A DNA stretch of 64,000 nt, taken from NCBI GenBank assembly GCA_038888155.1, contig JAWAJB010000004.1, positions 32,001-96,000 on the forward strand, in the 5' to 3' direction. Source of the stretch: Desulfurococcaceae archaeon. GTDB lineage: Archaea > Thermoproteota > Thermoprotei_A > Sulfolobales > Desulfurococcaceae. Shown here in pieces: positions 1 to 9,377 of the stretch. A program made the position numbers and the translations under genes. The notes below the pieces were generated by a model, which saw nothing but the letters and a program-made list of their open reading frames with translations, was not told where the DNA came from and searched no databases. The stretch's first letter is position 1. Each line of letters begins with the position of its first letter.

Positions 1-144
1 CGTGGATTGAGGGAAAAAGTGAAAGTGGTAGTGGGAGGCGCAGCTGTAAGCGAGGTTTTCGCTAAGGAAATTGGCGCGGATGGATGGGCCCCAAACGCTA
101 TTGAAGCTGTTAAATTAATCAATTCGCTTCTAAATAGAAACTAG
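1..144 (+). CDS. Corrinoid (B12-binding) methyltransferase protein, C-terminal fragment (partial)
   Basis: Frame-1 translation RGLREKVKVVVGGAAVSEVFAKEIGADGWAPNAIEAVKLINSLLNRN* carries the KVxVGGA...IGADG signature of MtaC/MtbC-type B12-binding domains; runs off the window start; absent from the ORF track. Confidence 0.85.
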   Translation, partial: RGLREKVKVVVGGAAVSEVFAKEIGADGWAPNAIEAVKLINSLLNRN

Positions 145-153
145 TGAGTAAAA

Positions 154-1083
154 TTAAGTTTTGCCTGGTAGGATTGGCTGATTGAATAGCTTTTGAATCT
201 TCTTAAGAAGTCCCTTCATTGGGTGGTCATCTGCTAGCTTAAACCCTTTTCTCCTCAGATTGTAACCTAGCAAGCCGTCGACTATCGCTATTATTGGTGC
301 TACGTATTTAACCCTACTTAGAGGCCCTATCATTATGAAGTCAGCGCCTTTCATCCTTAGGTATGCAGCTACCCCTCCGTGAGAGCCGTATACCTCGTCA
401 ACTGTAACAGTGCTCTTATTCACATTACCTAGGGCATTAGCAGGCGCGCACCCAGCTGGGGCATCATATAGTGATTTAAACTTCTCTATCGCCTCACCGC
501 ATATAGCTATACTTCCAGGGTCTATGGCGACAAAATCCACAAACCTGAGCTCTATTCCAGACTCTCTAGCTAGAGGTAAAAGCTTTTCATCAAGTAAGCT
601 AACTCTATTAACCCAGTCAAGAGACTCGTAAGGATTGCGCGGATTAAATGCAATGAGTACGGCCTTTCCCAAGCGCGATTCGCGGAGAGCTTCTATTTCA
701 TCAACTGGAGAATCAACGTATAATCCGTTGGCTATAGCGTATTCAGTTAGCCCTAGATCACGCGAGACTTTGTAGCTTTCCGCTCTGATCATCGGATCAG
801 CAGAGTCTAGGAATATAGGTATATTGAATTCGGCCAAGAAAGGTAATACTCTCTCTATAGACTCTATAGATGGCAACACTACATCTAAGCCAAGCACTAG
901 TTTATACTCCGTTGTTATTGAAATTGCCTCCTCGATTTTTTGCTTTAGTGTCTCTCTATCAAAGTCGCCTTTAGCGCTCAACAGAGTTTTATCCCCATGG
1001 TAGAATATGGTTGGTACGATCCATGTTGGGCACTCTCCGTGCAGACCTCCTATGCAGTACTTGCCGACCTTGTATGTAGCCAA
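154..1083 (-). CDS. MtrH/MtgA-like methyl-pterin:corrinoid methyltransferase
   Basis: IGG..GE.PT...TIFYHGDK, FLDS, GCAPANA and GADFIMIGP motifs of the MtrH family. Confidence 0.8.
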   Translation of the reverse strand: MATYKVGKYCIGGLHGECPTWIVPTIFYHGDKTLLSAKGDFDRETLKQKIEEAISITTEYKLVLGLDVVLPSIESIERVLPFLAEFNIPIFLDSADPMIRAESYKVSRDLGLTEYAIANGLYVDSPVDEIEALRESRLGKAVLIAFNPRNPYESLDWVNRVSLLDEKLLPLARESGIELRFVDFVAIDPGSIAICGEAIEKFKSLYDAPAGCAPANALGNVNKSTVTVDEVYGSHGGVAAYLRMKGADFIMIGPLSRVKYVAPIIAIVDGLLGYNLRRKGFKLADDHPMKGLLKKIQKLFNQPILPGKT

Positions 1084-1150
1084 CTCTACAGCACCAGAAG
1101 CGATTATTAAGTACGGCTATTTATGTATATCTAAAATTTAAACTGAGAGA

Positions 1151-1876
1151 GTGATAATCGTGGAGAAGATCTTAGAAATTCCCCCCAGAAGCAAGAAGTT
1201 TCTCGACAAAGTCATCGAAAATGTAAAAGGCTTATACGAATCGCTCTTCGTTCCCTGCGCGCCAGGGGGGATACCGATGATCGATTGCTTCGCAGCAGGT
1301 GCTTACATATCTTCCAGGTACAACTATGGTATTTTTTCTAGCATAAGGACATACGATTGTGCGCTAAATCACGTTCTCGAAAAGGCAAAAACGGCTTTAG
1401 ACTTCGGATTCCGAGGGATTTTAATCACTAAGGGTGACCCACCCCAGTATGGAAAGGGCCTAAAGGAATCTAGCACGGAAAGCGCCATTAGCTTTATACG
1501 AGAGGCTGGACTAAATATTAATTTAGGAATAGTCATTAGTCTGAGGTTCCAACTAGAGGATATTCGCAGGAGATTGCGGAACCTCCAACCTGACTTTGCT
1601 TTTATTATGCGATATCATCAAGGACAATGCGATGAGCAGAAATTTAAAGAAGTGGTAAGAGAAGCAAGGGATATAGGGACTAAAACCTATGTGTTTATAC
1701 TGCTTGGCACAGAGAAGAACATTCTTGTGTTCAACAAATTAAAACAACCATACATTCATTTGAATGAGTTCGGAAATACTGTAAAGTGGCTCAACAGTGT
1801 TATAGATGGAGTAGTGGTATCCTCGCCACTAGATTTCGAGAGCGCTATTCACTCCGCTAAGGAGCTAATAGCTTAG
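1151..1876 (+). CDS. Methylenetetrahydrofolate reductase (MetF)-like flavoprotein
   Basis: LEIPP, PCAPGG.P, IRTYD, GILITKGDPP resemble the MTHFR TIM-barrel motifs; divergent from the MtrH-like gene. Confidence 0.65.
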   Translation: MIIVEKILEIPPRSKKFLDKVIENVKGLYESLFVPCAPGGIPMIDCFAAGAYISSRYNYGIFSSIRTYDCALNHVLEKAKTALDFGFRGILITKGDPPQYGKGLKESSTESAISFIREAGLNINLGIVISLRFQLEDIRRRLRNLQPDFAFIMRYHQGQCDEQKFKEVVREARDIGTKTYVFILLGTEKNILVFNKLKQPYIHLNEFGNTVKWLNSVIDGVVVSSPLDFESAIHSAKELIA

Positions 1877-1888
1877 ATCAATAATTCA

Positions 1889-2929
1889 CTATTTCTTTAC
1901 GTATTTACCTCGAATAGGTATATTCTCTCCACACCTCCTGCACCTATATTTATTACCAGAAAGATCCGCGTCGAATTTTAGGACTTTAAATCCGTACCTG
2001 AAAATTAGAGTTTTTCCACACCTAGGACACTTTGTAGACTCCGCTTCAGAGTCCATTATATTTCCCACGTATACGTATTTCAAACCCTGCCTTGATGCGT
2101 ACTCCTTAATTGATTCCAATTTTTCAAGGGGGGTTGCTGGCTCGTGCCACCTGTGAGCAGGGTAGTATCTATTTATGTGAATGGGTACATCTGGGCCAAG
2201 GTATTTTAAGTGACTGTCTATAATCCACTCATAGCACTCTCTGAAATCATTCGTGTTCGTGACCACGAGGTAGACTATCTCCACGTGAGCCCCTAAATTT
2301 AAAGCTAGCCGAGCGTTCTTGAATACTGCATCGTAGTCTAAGCCCACAAGGGCTCTTTTGATGTGCGGACAGCCCTTTATGCTCGCAGAGAAGCCATCTA
2401 CTCCTGCCGTTATTACTGCTTCGAGAGATCTAGCCGTAAAATACATATTTGTAACCATCATTGAGTAAAGGCCTTGCTTAACGCCTAACTCTGTAACATC
2501 GATCACGTAGTCTAAGTTCGTTATCGGCTCATTGAAGCTAGCTGAAAGACCTCTATCATTATTTGAGATCGCTGTCCTTATGAGGATCTCTGGAGCTACT
2601 GTTTCATGATCCGGCTTTGGCTTCTTAAAGCTCAAGTAGTCATTTTGACACCAAGGGCAATAGAAATTGCATCCATAATTGCTGTATGTTAAGGCCGTTG
2701 ACCCAGGCCAGTAGTGATAAAGTGGCTTTGCCTCAATTGGACGGCTTTCAACAGCACTCAATTTACCATAACCTATGTGGTAAACCTCGCCCTTAATGTT
2801 TACATAATTCCCGCACACACCTGCATAACCCTCCCTTAATATACACCTTCTTTCGCAAACGATACATCTCGTTGTTCCATACGAGGCTTCGTAAAACCTA
2901 GCCCTAACGGGGGTACCCAGATCGACCAC
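1889..2929 (-). CDS. AmmeMemoRadiSam system radical SAM enzyme (PFL-activase-like)
   Basis: CxxCxxxC N-terminus, PIEAKPLYHYWPG, GCNFYCPWCQN, YVYVGN, C-terminal CPxCG. Confidence 0.85.
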   Translation of the reverse strand: MVDLGTPVRARFYEASYGTTRCIVCERRCILREGYAGVCGNYVNIKGEVYHIGYGKLSAVESRPIEAKPLYHYWPGSTALTYSNYGCNFYCPWCQNDYLSFKKPKPDHETVAPEILIRTAISNNDRGLSASFNEPITNLDYVIDVTELGVKQGLYSMMVTNMYFTARSLEAVITAGVDGFSASIKGCPHIKRALVGLDYDAVFKNARLALNLGAHVEIVYLVVTNTNDFRECYEWIIDSHLKYLGPDVPIHINRYYPAHRWHEPATPLEKLESIKEYASRQGLKYVYVGNIMDSEAESTKCPRCGKTLIFRYGFKVLKFDADLSGNKYRCRRCGENIPIRGKYVKK

Positions 2930-3270
2930 CTAAACAAGATATCGCGGAGGAATTTTTCCGACAGGAGACCCTCTGGGGTAAATAAGCTAATAGGGCAATT
3001 TATTTTTTTCTTAGTTCCGAAAAGCCCGAAAATTATGCAGTTCATTGATATTATACCATAGAATAGAAATAGTGAGTTAAGTTTATACTCAATAGAGAAA
3101 AATAACTTTGTGATAGCAATTAATCCTTAACAAATGCACGATATTCTGTGAAAGTAGAAAGATCTTATTTACGACTCATTATTGGACCTAAACCAAAGTT
3201 CATTTCTATTGAAACAAGTAATTCTAGTGTGGATTTAAAACAAGGAGCAGATTTGCAATGCAAAAATTAG

Positions 3271-3379
3271 CGCCGGGGGCGGGATTTGAACCCGCGTACC
3301 CCTTTATGGGGTAGTGGGTCTCCCTAAAGATGTCGCTGGAACTCGAGCCCACCCCCTTAGGCCGCTCGGGCACCCCGGC
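3271..3379 (-). tRNA. tRNA-Ser(CGA) with a 22-nt intron (3320..3341)
   Basis: Reverse complement GCCGGGGTGCCCGAGCGGCCTAAGG...GTGGGCTCGAG[intron]ACCCAC, long variable arm, GGTTCAAATCC T-arm. Confidence 0.9.
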
Positions 3380-3514
3380 ATTTATGTTGATTTAAGGTAT
3401 GTCTACAGCTTCCTAAATAAATTTCACTAGAGGGGTGAATCCCTATTTTAGTTAACTTAAGGCAGATGAACCAACCCAGTTGTAATAACGTGTTCGTTGT
3501 GAAGACTGCCCTTT

Positions 3515-4237
3515 TTACTTGACCGTGAAGTACATGCGCTTCTTGTTCTTCCCTCTGTTCTCTGCCTTAATGAAAACTATTTCCCCGATCTCGCTTGTTC
3601 TCCTCACATGAGGTCCTCCGTCAGCTTGTATATCGATGCCCGGAATTTCAACTATTCTTAGGACGCTTACGCTGGGAGGCATCTTAGTAGCTAACTTTAC
3701 AACGCCAGGTATGTTGAGTGCCTGCTCCCTTGGAAGCCAATATATTTTTACCTCTAAATCCCTCTTGGCTACTCTATTAGCCTCTTCAATGGCGCTCAAA
3801 AATAGGTCTTTATCGAATTTCTCAAGTGTGTAGTCATCATAAGCGTAGTCAGAGGAGATGTTCCCTCCCGATACTAGAGCTCCATAATTCGTGTACATTA
3901 ATGCTGATATTATGTGCGCTGCTGTGTGAAGCCTCATTAACCTATATCTCCTCTCCCAGTCTATGAACATTTTAACTCTTGTGCCGGGAGTCAAATTAAC
4001 CTGTCTTGAGACTTTGTGAGCAACATCGCCACTATCTTTATCGAAGAAGACCTCTACCACTTCAACTCTTTCCCCGTTGTAAGTCAAGAGACCCTTATCG
4101 CACTCAACTCCACCGCTACGGGGATGGAAAATAGTTGCATTAAAGAAAAGTAAATCACCTGAAGCCCGTACAACTTCTCCTTCATACTCCTTTAAGTATG
4201 AGTCAGTCTGGTAGAGTAACTTAGAACCAGTGTCCAT
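3515..4237 (-). CDS. alaXM: Alanyl-tRNA editing protein AlaX-M
   Basis: LYQTDSY, FHPRSGG, RLMRLHTAAH, QADGGPHV. Confidence 0.92.
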   Translation of the reverse strand: MDTGSKLLYQTDSYLKEYEGEVVRASGDLLFFNATIFHPRSGGVECDKGLLTYNGERVEVVEVFFDKDSGDVAHKVSRQVNLTPGTRVKMFIDWERRYRLMRLHTAAHIISALMYTNYGALVSGGNISSDYAYDDYTLEKFDKDLFLSAIEEANRVAKRDLEVKIYWLPREQALNIPGVVKLATKMPPSVSVLRIVEIPGIDIQADGGPHVRRTSEIGEIVFIKAENRGKNKKRMYFTVK

Positions 4238-4317
4238 TTATAACACCATCTTTCTTAGCTTTAGAATATAGTTAGCAGGAATAAAAATACTACAACCCAA
4301 ATAAAAACGCCTATTAT

Positions 4318-4390
4318 TAGCCGGGCGGGGATTCGAACCCCGGTCACGGGGGCCAGAGCCCCGCATCCTTGGCCGCTAGACGACCCGGCT
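4318..4390 (-). tRNA. tRNA-Gln(CTG)
   Basis: Reverse complement AGCCGGGTCGTCTAGCGGCCAAGGATGCGGGGCTCTGGCCCCCG...GGTTCGAATCC; A1-U72 pair typical of archaeal tRNA-Gln (GatDE substrate). Confidence 0.95.
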
Positions 4391-4488
4391 ACCCGCTCTA
4401 AAATCAATTAATTTTACACTCTTTTAAAAACTCTCACTGGATTAAGCTTGTTGATAATTTTTAAGCCCTCTTTCATTATCTTTGAGGG

Positions 4489-4562
4489 GGGCCCGTAGCT
4501 CAGCCCGGTAGAGCGGCGGGCTTTTAACCCGTAGGTCCCGGGTTCAAATCCCGGCGGGCCCG
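4489..4562 (+). tRNA. tRNA-Lys(TTT)
   Basis: GGGCCCGTAGCTCAGCCCGGTAGAGCGGCGGGCTTTTAACCCGTAGGTCCCGGGTTCAAATCCCGGCGGGCCCG; upstream TTTTTAA TATA-like box. Confidence 0.96.
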
Positions 4563-4641
4563 CACTCCTCTCCATCAAAACTCAAAAGTGTAAGTGACTA
4601 GGCTGAGTCGATTAACTTAAACGAGCTAGAGAACGAATCAA

Positions 4642-6324
4642 TTACTTTTTACTTGCGCTGAGAAACTCCCTGTATGCCTCTCTGTATATTTCAGATGACT
4701 CCAGTTTATATCTGTCCCTAATGTATTTTTTCGCTATTTTCTCCTTAGGTAAGTTGTGCTTTGCTGCATATTCCTCGATTGTTAAGCTGTAATTTCTATG
4801 AACTTTGTCCCTGTAAATATCATCAAATATGTTAAAAGCACAGAATGGAATGAGCCTGCCATCTGGCACTGCATAGTGGATGTTGCATCGCTGGACTCTC
4901 TGTATATCGTAATTGTAGAGGTCCATGAAGTGCATTTGACCAATAAATAGAAGCTTATAGTGTAGCTCTCCCAATGCCTCATAATCCCGCTTTATAATAA
5001 TGTTGAGTAAGATCTTGTATATATCAATTCCCTCAGGTGCCTTATCCTGGTCTATGAATTTCCTTATATTGTACAGAAGCTTCACTCCCGTTACTACCCT
5101 GCTAGAGCCGCTAATTAGCTCTACCCATTTCTCGCGAAGGTATTCAAGCAAACCATCGATATCTATGAACTTAGTTATGGGAATTAGCCTAACTGATTCG
5201 CCTTTCTTCTCCACGTAGATGTATGTGCCTACTCCACATACTGGGTGGTTAACCATCTCGAACTTAAATTCCCCACTAAATCCCTCTATGAATCTCGAGA
5301 ATAGAGCGCTGGCGTTAACTGGGAACCAGGCTTCTCTCGATATTTCTCCATTAGTCTGTTCTTCGAGTAACTTGACTACATCTGGTATAGTAACTCTGTA
5401 TTTCTCTCTCTCGTGCTTCTTCATCTCGCCAGTCAAGCTAACTGGTTGGAAATTAACAGATCGAACTACATCTATGTTCTTGGCCGCAAACTTAACTATT
5501 GAGCCGAGCTCATGAGTGTTATAGCCCTGCAAAACTACTGGAACGAGGACAACGCTAGTTATACCTGCTGCCCTGAAAACTTCAAATATATATGGCACCT
5601 CCCAGTGGTTTTTCCAATTAGTTTGGGGAGAGACTCCATCAAAACTTAAGTAAACAGTGTTTAGACCGCTTAACCTAAGATCTCTAGCGTACTTAACAGC
5701 TCCCTCTGGATCTTCTAAGTACATTGCCGCGAACTTCAATCCATTTGTGTTTAATTGTATATGCCTAACGCCTTCCTCCCTTAGGAGTTTGACCACGTCC
5801 AATAAGTCTTCTCTTAAGAGGGGTTCTCCTCCTGTGATCTGAATTGCCGTGGTAACTCCCTGCTTTTGAATGCTCTTGACCATTTCTTTTATCTGCTCAA
5901 GCGTAGGTTCATAAACGTAGCCTGCTACCTCAGAATAAAAGAAGCAGTACCAACAACTTAAGTCGCACCTGTTTGTCACAACTAGGTTGACAAGAGCTGT
6001 GTGTTGTTTGTGCATTGGGCACAAGCCGCAGTTAAAAGGACAAGTTGTCTTCGTTGACGTATAAACGTGCCTTGTGCCTCTGCCCTCTTCCTGAAACTTT
6101 TGTATTCTCTTGTAGAGCTCTACATCTCCGTAGTATAGCTCTTCTATTTCGCCATGCTCTGGGCATACTCTACGTATGTAGACTTTCCCGTCTCGCTCAA
6201 CGATGATAGCAGGTAATACTCTATAGCATGTTGGACATATGCTGAGAGTAAGCGAAAGCATTTCTTCATTTCCCCTAAGCGCTGAGATTACGTATGATAT
6301 CTCGCCGGGATGTTTAACGCTCAT
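4642..6324 (-). CDS. tes: Tetraether lipid synthase Tes (GDGT macrocycle-forming radical SAM, MJ0619 family)
   Basis: N-terminal CPxC..CPEHG, CPFNCGLCPMHKQHT, TNRCDLSCWYCF, KNHWE, HPVCG, MHFMD.YNYD..RVQRC.IHY..PDGR.IPFC; start may be up to 12 nt further upstream. Confidence 0.88.
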   Translation of the reverse strand: MSVKHPGEISYVISALRGNEEMLSLTLSICPTCYRVLPAIIVERDGKVYIRRVCPEHGEIEELYYGDVELYKRIQKFQEEGRGTRHVYTSTKTTCPFNCGLCPMHKQHTALVNLVVTNRCDLSCWYCFFYSEVAGYVYEPTLEQIKEMVKSIQKQGVTTAIQITGGEPLLREDLLDVVKLLREEGVRHIQLNTNGLKFAAMYLEDPEGAVKYARDLRLSGLNTVYLSFDGVSPQTNWKNHWEVPYIFEVFRAAGITSVVLVPVVLQGYNTHELGSIVKFAAKNIDVVRSVNFQPVSLTGEMKKHEREKYRVTIPDVVKLLEEQTNGEISREAWFPVNASALFSRFIEGFSGEFKFEMVNHPVCGVGTYIYVEKKGESVRLIPITKFIDIDGLLEYLREKWVELISGSSRVVTGVKLLYNIRKFIDQDKAPEGIDIYKILLNIIIKRDYEALGELHYKLLFIGQMHFMDLYNYDIQRVQRCNIHYAVPDGRLIPFCAFNIFDDIYRDKVHRNYSLTIEEYAAKHNLPKEKIAKKYIRDRYKLESSEIYREAYREFLSASKK

Positions 6325-6396
6325 TGAGTTCACCACTATAAACTTGTTATAAGAGTGTAAGGTATATAAAGCTCAAAGAAGGGGTGATAGTTCTCT

Positions 6397-6990
6397 TTGG
6401 GCAAAGCGTATGTAATAGCTGGAACTCCTGGAACGGGAAAATCCACTATAGGCAGGAAAATAGCTGAAATGTGCAGCGTTGATATTGTAAACTTAAGCAC
6501 TATTGCTATCGAGATGGGGTTGATCTCGATGTACGACGATCTTCGAGACACTTATGTTATCGATGAAGAGAAACTTGTAGAGTTCATTGTTAAGCTCGCA
6601 GAATCTCGCAGTGGACCTCTAGTTATAATGACGCATTACCCTGAAATAATACCCAAGGACTTAGTTGAAAAAATATATGTGCTTAGAACTCATCCGCTGG
6701 TTCTAGAGAGAAGGCTTGAAGAGAGGGGGTGGAAAAGAGAGAAAATTTATGAGAACGTTATGGCCGAAATACTTGGAGTGATTTTAAGTAGTGCTGTAGA
6801 GGCTTTCGGGGAAGATAGAATATATGAGCTTGATACAACTAAAGTTAGTCCTGAAGAAGTTGCCCAAGTTATATGCAACTCTATGAGGGGCATTGACAAC
6901 TTAAAGCCAGGCAGTAGCATAGATTGGTTGAGCGCGGTGGATCCCAAAGAGGTGGCCAGGTTTAAAGACTATGTGGGGAGCGAGAACTAG
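6397..6990 (+). CDS. AK6/Fap7-type adenylate kinase/ATPase
   Basis: GTPGTGKST, hhhxxH, RLEERGW..EKI.EN..AE, IDWL. Confidence 0.85.
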   Translation: MGKAYVIAGTPGTGKSTIGRKIAEMCSVDIVNLSTIAIEMGLISMYDDLRDTYVIDEEKLVEFIVKLAESRSGPLVIMTHYPEIIPKDLVEKIYVLRTHPLVLERRLEERGWKREKIYENVMAEILGVILSSAVEAFGEDRIYELDTTKVSPEEVAQVICNSMRGIDNLKPGSSIDWLSAVDPKEVARFKDYVGSEN

Positions 6991-7837
6991 TAGCGGCGGG
7001 CTAATTGTTGCCTCTTGGGCCCAAATAGCAGGATTTGTTCGTAAATCGGATATCGTGTTATTAGTCCTTGATGCGAGAGACCCCTGCAACACATTCTGCA
7101 GAAAGCTCGTAAGCATTGCCAACGATCTCAATAAGAAACTAATAGTAGTTCTCAACAGGTGTGATTTAGTCCCAAAGGAAGTTATAAGAGAGTGGAAAAA
7201 CTTCTTTGAGCTTAGTGGATATTTAACTGTATACACGGCTGCGACACGCAACATAGGTACGCACAGGCTAAAGAGAACAATAAAAGGAGTTGCTCCCTCG
7301 CTGCCTACTGTAGTTACAGTTGTAGGTTATCCCAAGGTAGGTAAATCTTCAATAATAAATGCACTAAAAAACAGGCGCTCAGCCAGCACTAGTCCTTATC
7401 CTGGTAGCCCGGGCTACACTAAGCGCTTTCAAGTTTACAGAGTAGATGAAGATATACTGCTGATAGATACTCCTGGAATACTACCTGTAGAGGGAGATCC
7501 CTTAGTGAAGATCCTGAGGGGGTTCCCGCCGGGAAAAATTCCCGATCCTGTTAACCCTGCTATTATGCTGATACAGCGTATTTTGGAATTCAACCCTAAC
7601 GCATTCATACAGCTATATGGCATCGAATCAACAGAGCCTACTAGGGTACTCGAAGAATTGGCATTATACAGGGGTTGGCTCTACAAGAGAACGGGAGAAC
7701 CAGATATTGAGGAGGCCGCGCGAGCTGTAATAAGGGATTACCACGATGGTAAACTGAGTTTTTATATTAGACCCTCTGAGGTAAACTGTGATATAGGCGG
7801 GAGCACTTATGATCAAGGTAAAGGTACTAGAAGCTAA
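6971..7837 (+). CDS. Circularly permuted ribosome biogenesis GTPase (RbgA/YlqF family)
   Basis: DARDP, NRCDL (G4), GYPKVGKSS (G1), PGYT (G2), DTPG (G3). Confidence 0.9.
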   Translation: MWGARTSSGGLIVASWAQIAGFVRKSDIVLLVLDARDPCNTFCRKLVSIANDLNKKLIVVLNRCDLVPKEVIREWKNFFELSGYLTVYTAATRNIGTHRLKRTIKGVAPSLPTVVTVVGYPKVGKSSIINALKNRRSASTSPYPGSPGYTKRFQVYRVDEDILLIDTPGILPVEGDPLVKILRGFPPGKIPDPVNPAIMLIQRILEFNPNAFIQLYGIESTEPTRVLEELALYRGWLYKRTGEPDIEEAARAVIRDYHDGKLSFYIRPSEVNCDIGGSTYDQGKGTRS

Positions 7838-8009
7838 TACTACCCTGGAGCTAGATGTAAAAGAGATCTCTGTGAGAGAGCTGTTGGAGAAACTCAATTT
7901 AACTGAAACGGAGCACATTGTGCTTAGAAACTACTGTGTCGTAACTGAGGAAGATATTTTAGTCGATGGTGACGAGGTAACCATTTTTACTGTCAAGTCA
8001 GGCGGATAA
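7809..8009 (+). CDS. ThiS/MoaD/SAMP ubiquitin-like small protein
   Basis: 66 aa, DGDEV.I..V.SGG C-terminal di-glycine. Confidence 0.85.
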   Translation: MIKVKVLEANTTLELDVKEISVRELLEKLNLTETEHIVLRNYCVVTEEDILVDGDEVTIFTVKSGG

Positions 8010-8160
8010 AATTCATACAAAGCTCAGAAATAAATTAGTTCACCGAACTGCGCTTATTTAAGTTGATAAAATTGGCCTTAAAAACATCAAGTTGAAGGTC
8101 GTTCGCCCGAGTTAATGTTTTGCGAAAGTTTATGTTTCACGCTTGATTAAAACCATCAGC

Positions 8161-8679
8161 TTACTTCTTAGGCGGCCAAACCCTATCGAAGTAGATGTTC
8201 TTGGGTCTAGCTGATATAGGAACTCCGTACGCTACATCAGCATCTAGTAATTTAAGTGCTAGCGCAGCGATGCCAGCACTGTACATTATTCTGTTATCTA
8301 CATTCAGCATGGAGGCTGTCCTCACTGCTGAACCTAGGGCGATACCAACATTGACCAGCGAGTTAGCAATGTCGGGATCCAGCTTTTGTGGCTCTGGTTT
8401 ACTCAAGCCTAAGCTTGCTATTTTACCCCCTATAATTACTACAGCATCACTATTACGGACGCTTTCTGCATCTCTCCTAAAGAATTCGCCATATGCGGGG
8501 GCTAGCTCCTCCATCTTCCTTGCTAACCCCTCAAGCTCCTCCCTCTCTGTTAAAACCAGGGAAACGATGTTATCTATTCCTCGTGCCTTTGGGGCAGTCT
8601 TAGCTGATACAACCATAAGTTGGGCCGCCAGAAGAAGGCTCGTCCTTATGGATTCCTTTTCATCTATCATTGTAATCAC
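8161..8679 (-). CDS. DUF2148-like protein (nitroreductase-like fold)
   Basis: AxTAPKARGID, FFRRDA, GIALGSA, VDNRIMYSAG, KNIYFDR. Confidence 0.75.
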   Translation of the reverse strand: MITMIDEKESIRTSLLLAAQLMVVSAKTAPKARGIDNIVSLVLTEREELEGLARKMEELAPAYGEFFRRDAESVRNSDAVVIIGGKIASLGLSKPEPQKLDPDIANSLVNVGIALGSAVRTASMLNVDNRIMYSAGIAALALKLLDADVAYGVPISARPKNIYFDRVWPPKK

Positions 8680-9377
8680 TAGCTTAGCTTCAGTATAAAC
8701 CTTGCATCTATGGCCAATGCACCGTTGGGGTAGGCTAATACAGGGTTTAGATCTGCAGTTTCGATATCCGGACGATCCTCCAGTATCTTTCCCAGCTTCA
8801 CGATAATGTCAGCAATGCTCCTGATGTCTACTGGAGGCATCCCCCTGAAGCCCTTAAGTACTACGGAGCTCTTAATTTCATTAATCATATCTACGGCATC
8901 GTCGATTGTAATTGGCCATACCCTAAAAGTAACGTCTTTGAACACCTCCGTGAAAACGCCTCCAAGGCCGAACATTAAAGTGATTCCAAAGACAGGGTCC
9001 ACTAGCCCTCCAACAATTACTTCTAAGCCCTTAGGGGCCATTTTCTGGACTAAGACACCTTCAATTCGGGCGTTCGGAGCTCTTTCCTTTACATTTTTAA
9101 ATATTAGCTCTGCGCTCTTGATCGCCTCTTCGGGTCCACTTACTCCTAGTATTACCCCACCTACATCAGTTTTGTGGCTTATATCTGGAGAGACTATTTT
9201 CAATACTACTGGAAACCCTATCTCGGCAGCGACCTTACCTGCTTCTTCGGGCGTCCTAGCCAGAGCATAGGGCGGATGAGGTATATTGTACTTACTTAAA
9301 ATCTCAAATGCCTCGTGCTCGAGCAATTTAGACTTAGTCTCCTTTACCACATTTAAACTCTGAGGTTGTGAAACCAT
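8679..9377 (-). CDS. Acetate/acyl-CoA ligase (ADP-forming) beta subunit
   Basis: LLEHEA, VLKIVSPDISHKTDVGGV, GLGGVFTEVFKD, DLNP, DAR. Confidence 0.92.
   Translation of the reverse strand: MVSQPQSLNVVKETKSKLLEHEAFEILSKYNIPHPPYALARTPEEAGKVAAEIGFPVVLKIVSPDISHKTDVGGVILGVSGPEEAIKSAELIFKNVKERAPNARIEGVLVQKMAPKGLEVIVGGLVDPVFGITLMFGLGGVFTEVFKDVTFRVWPITIDDAVDMINEIKSSVVLKGFRGMPPVDIRSIADIIVKLGKILEDRPDIETADLNPVLAYPNGALAIDARFILKLS

Noticed and set aside
1889-2929. AmmeMemoRadiSam enzyme without adjacent AmmeCR1/Memo genes
   Set aside because: Dispersal of this system is common in archaea and is not informative on its own
3449-4620. Recurring TTAACTTAA word in intergenic DNA (~3452, ~4612, ~10790, reverse at ~33304)
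   Set aside because: Low-complexity AT word with no consistent position relative to gene starts
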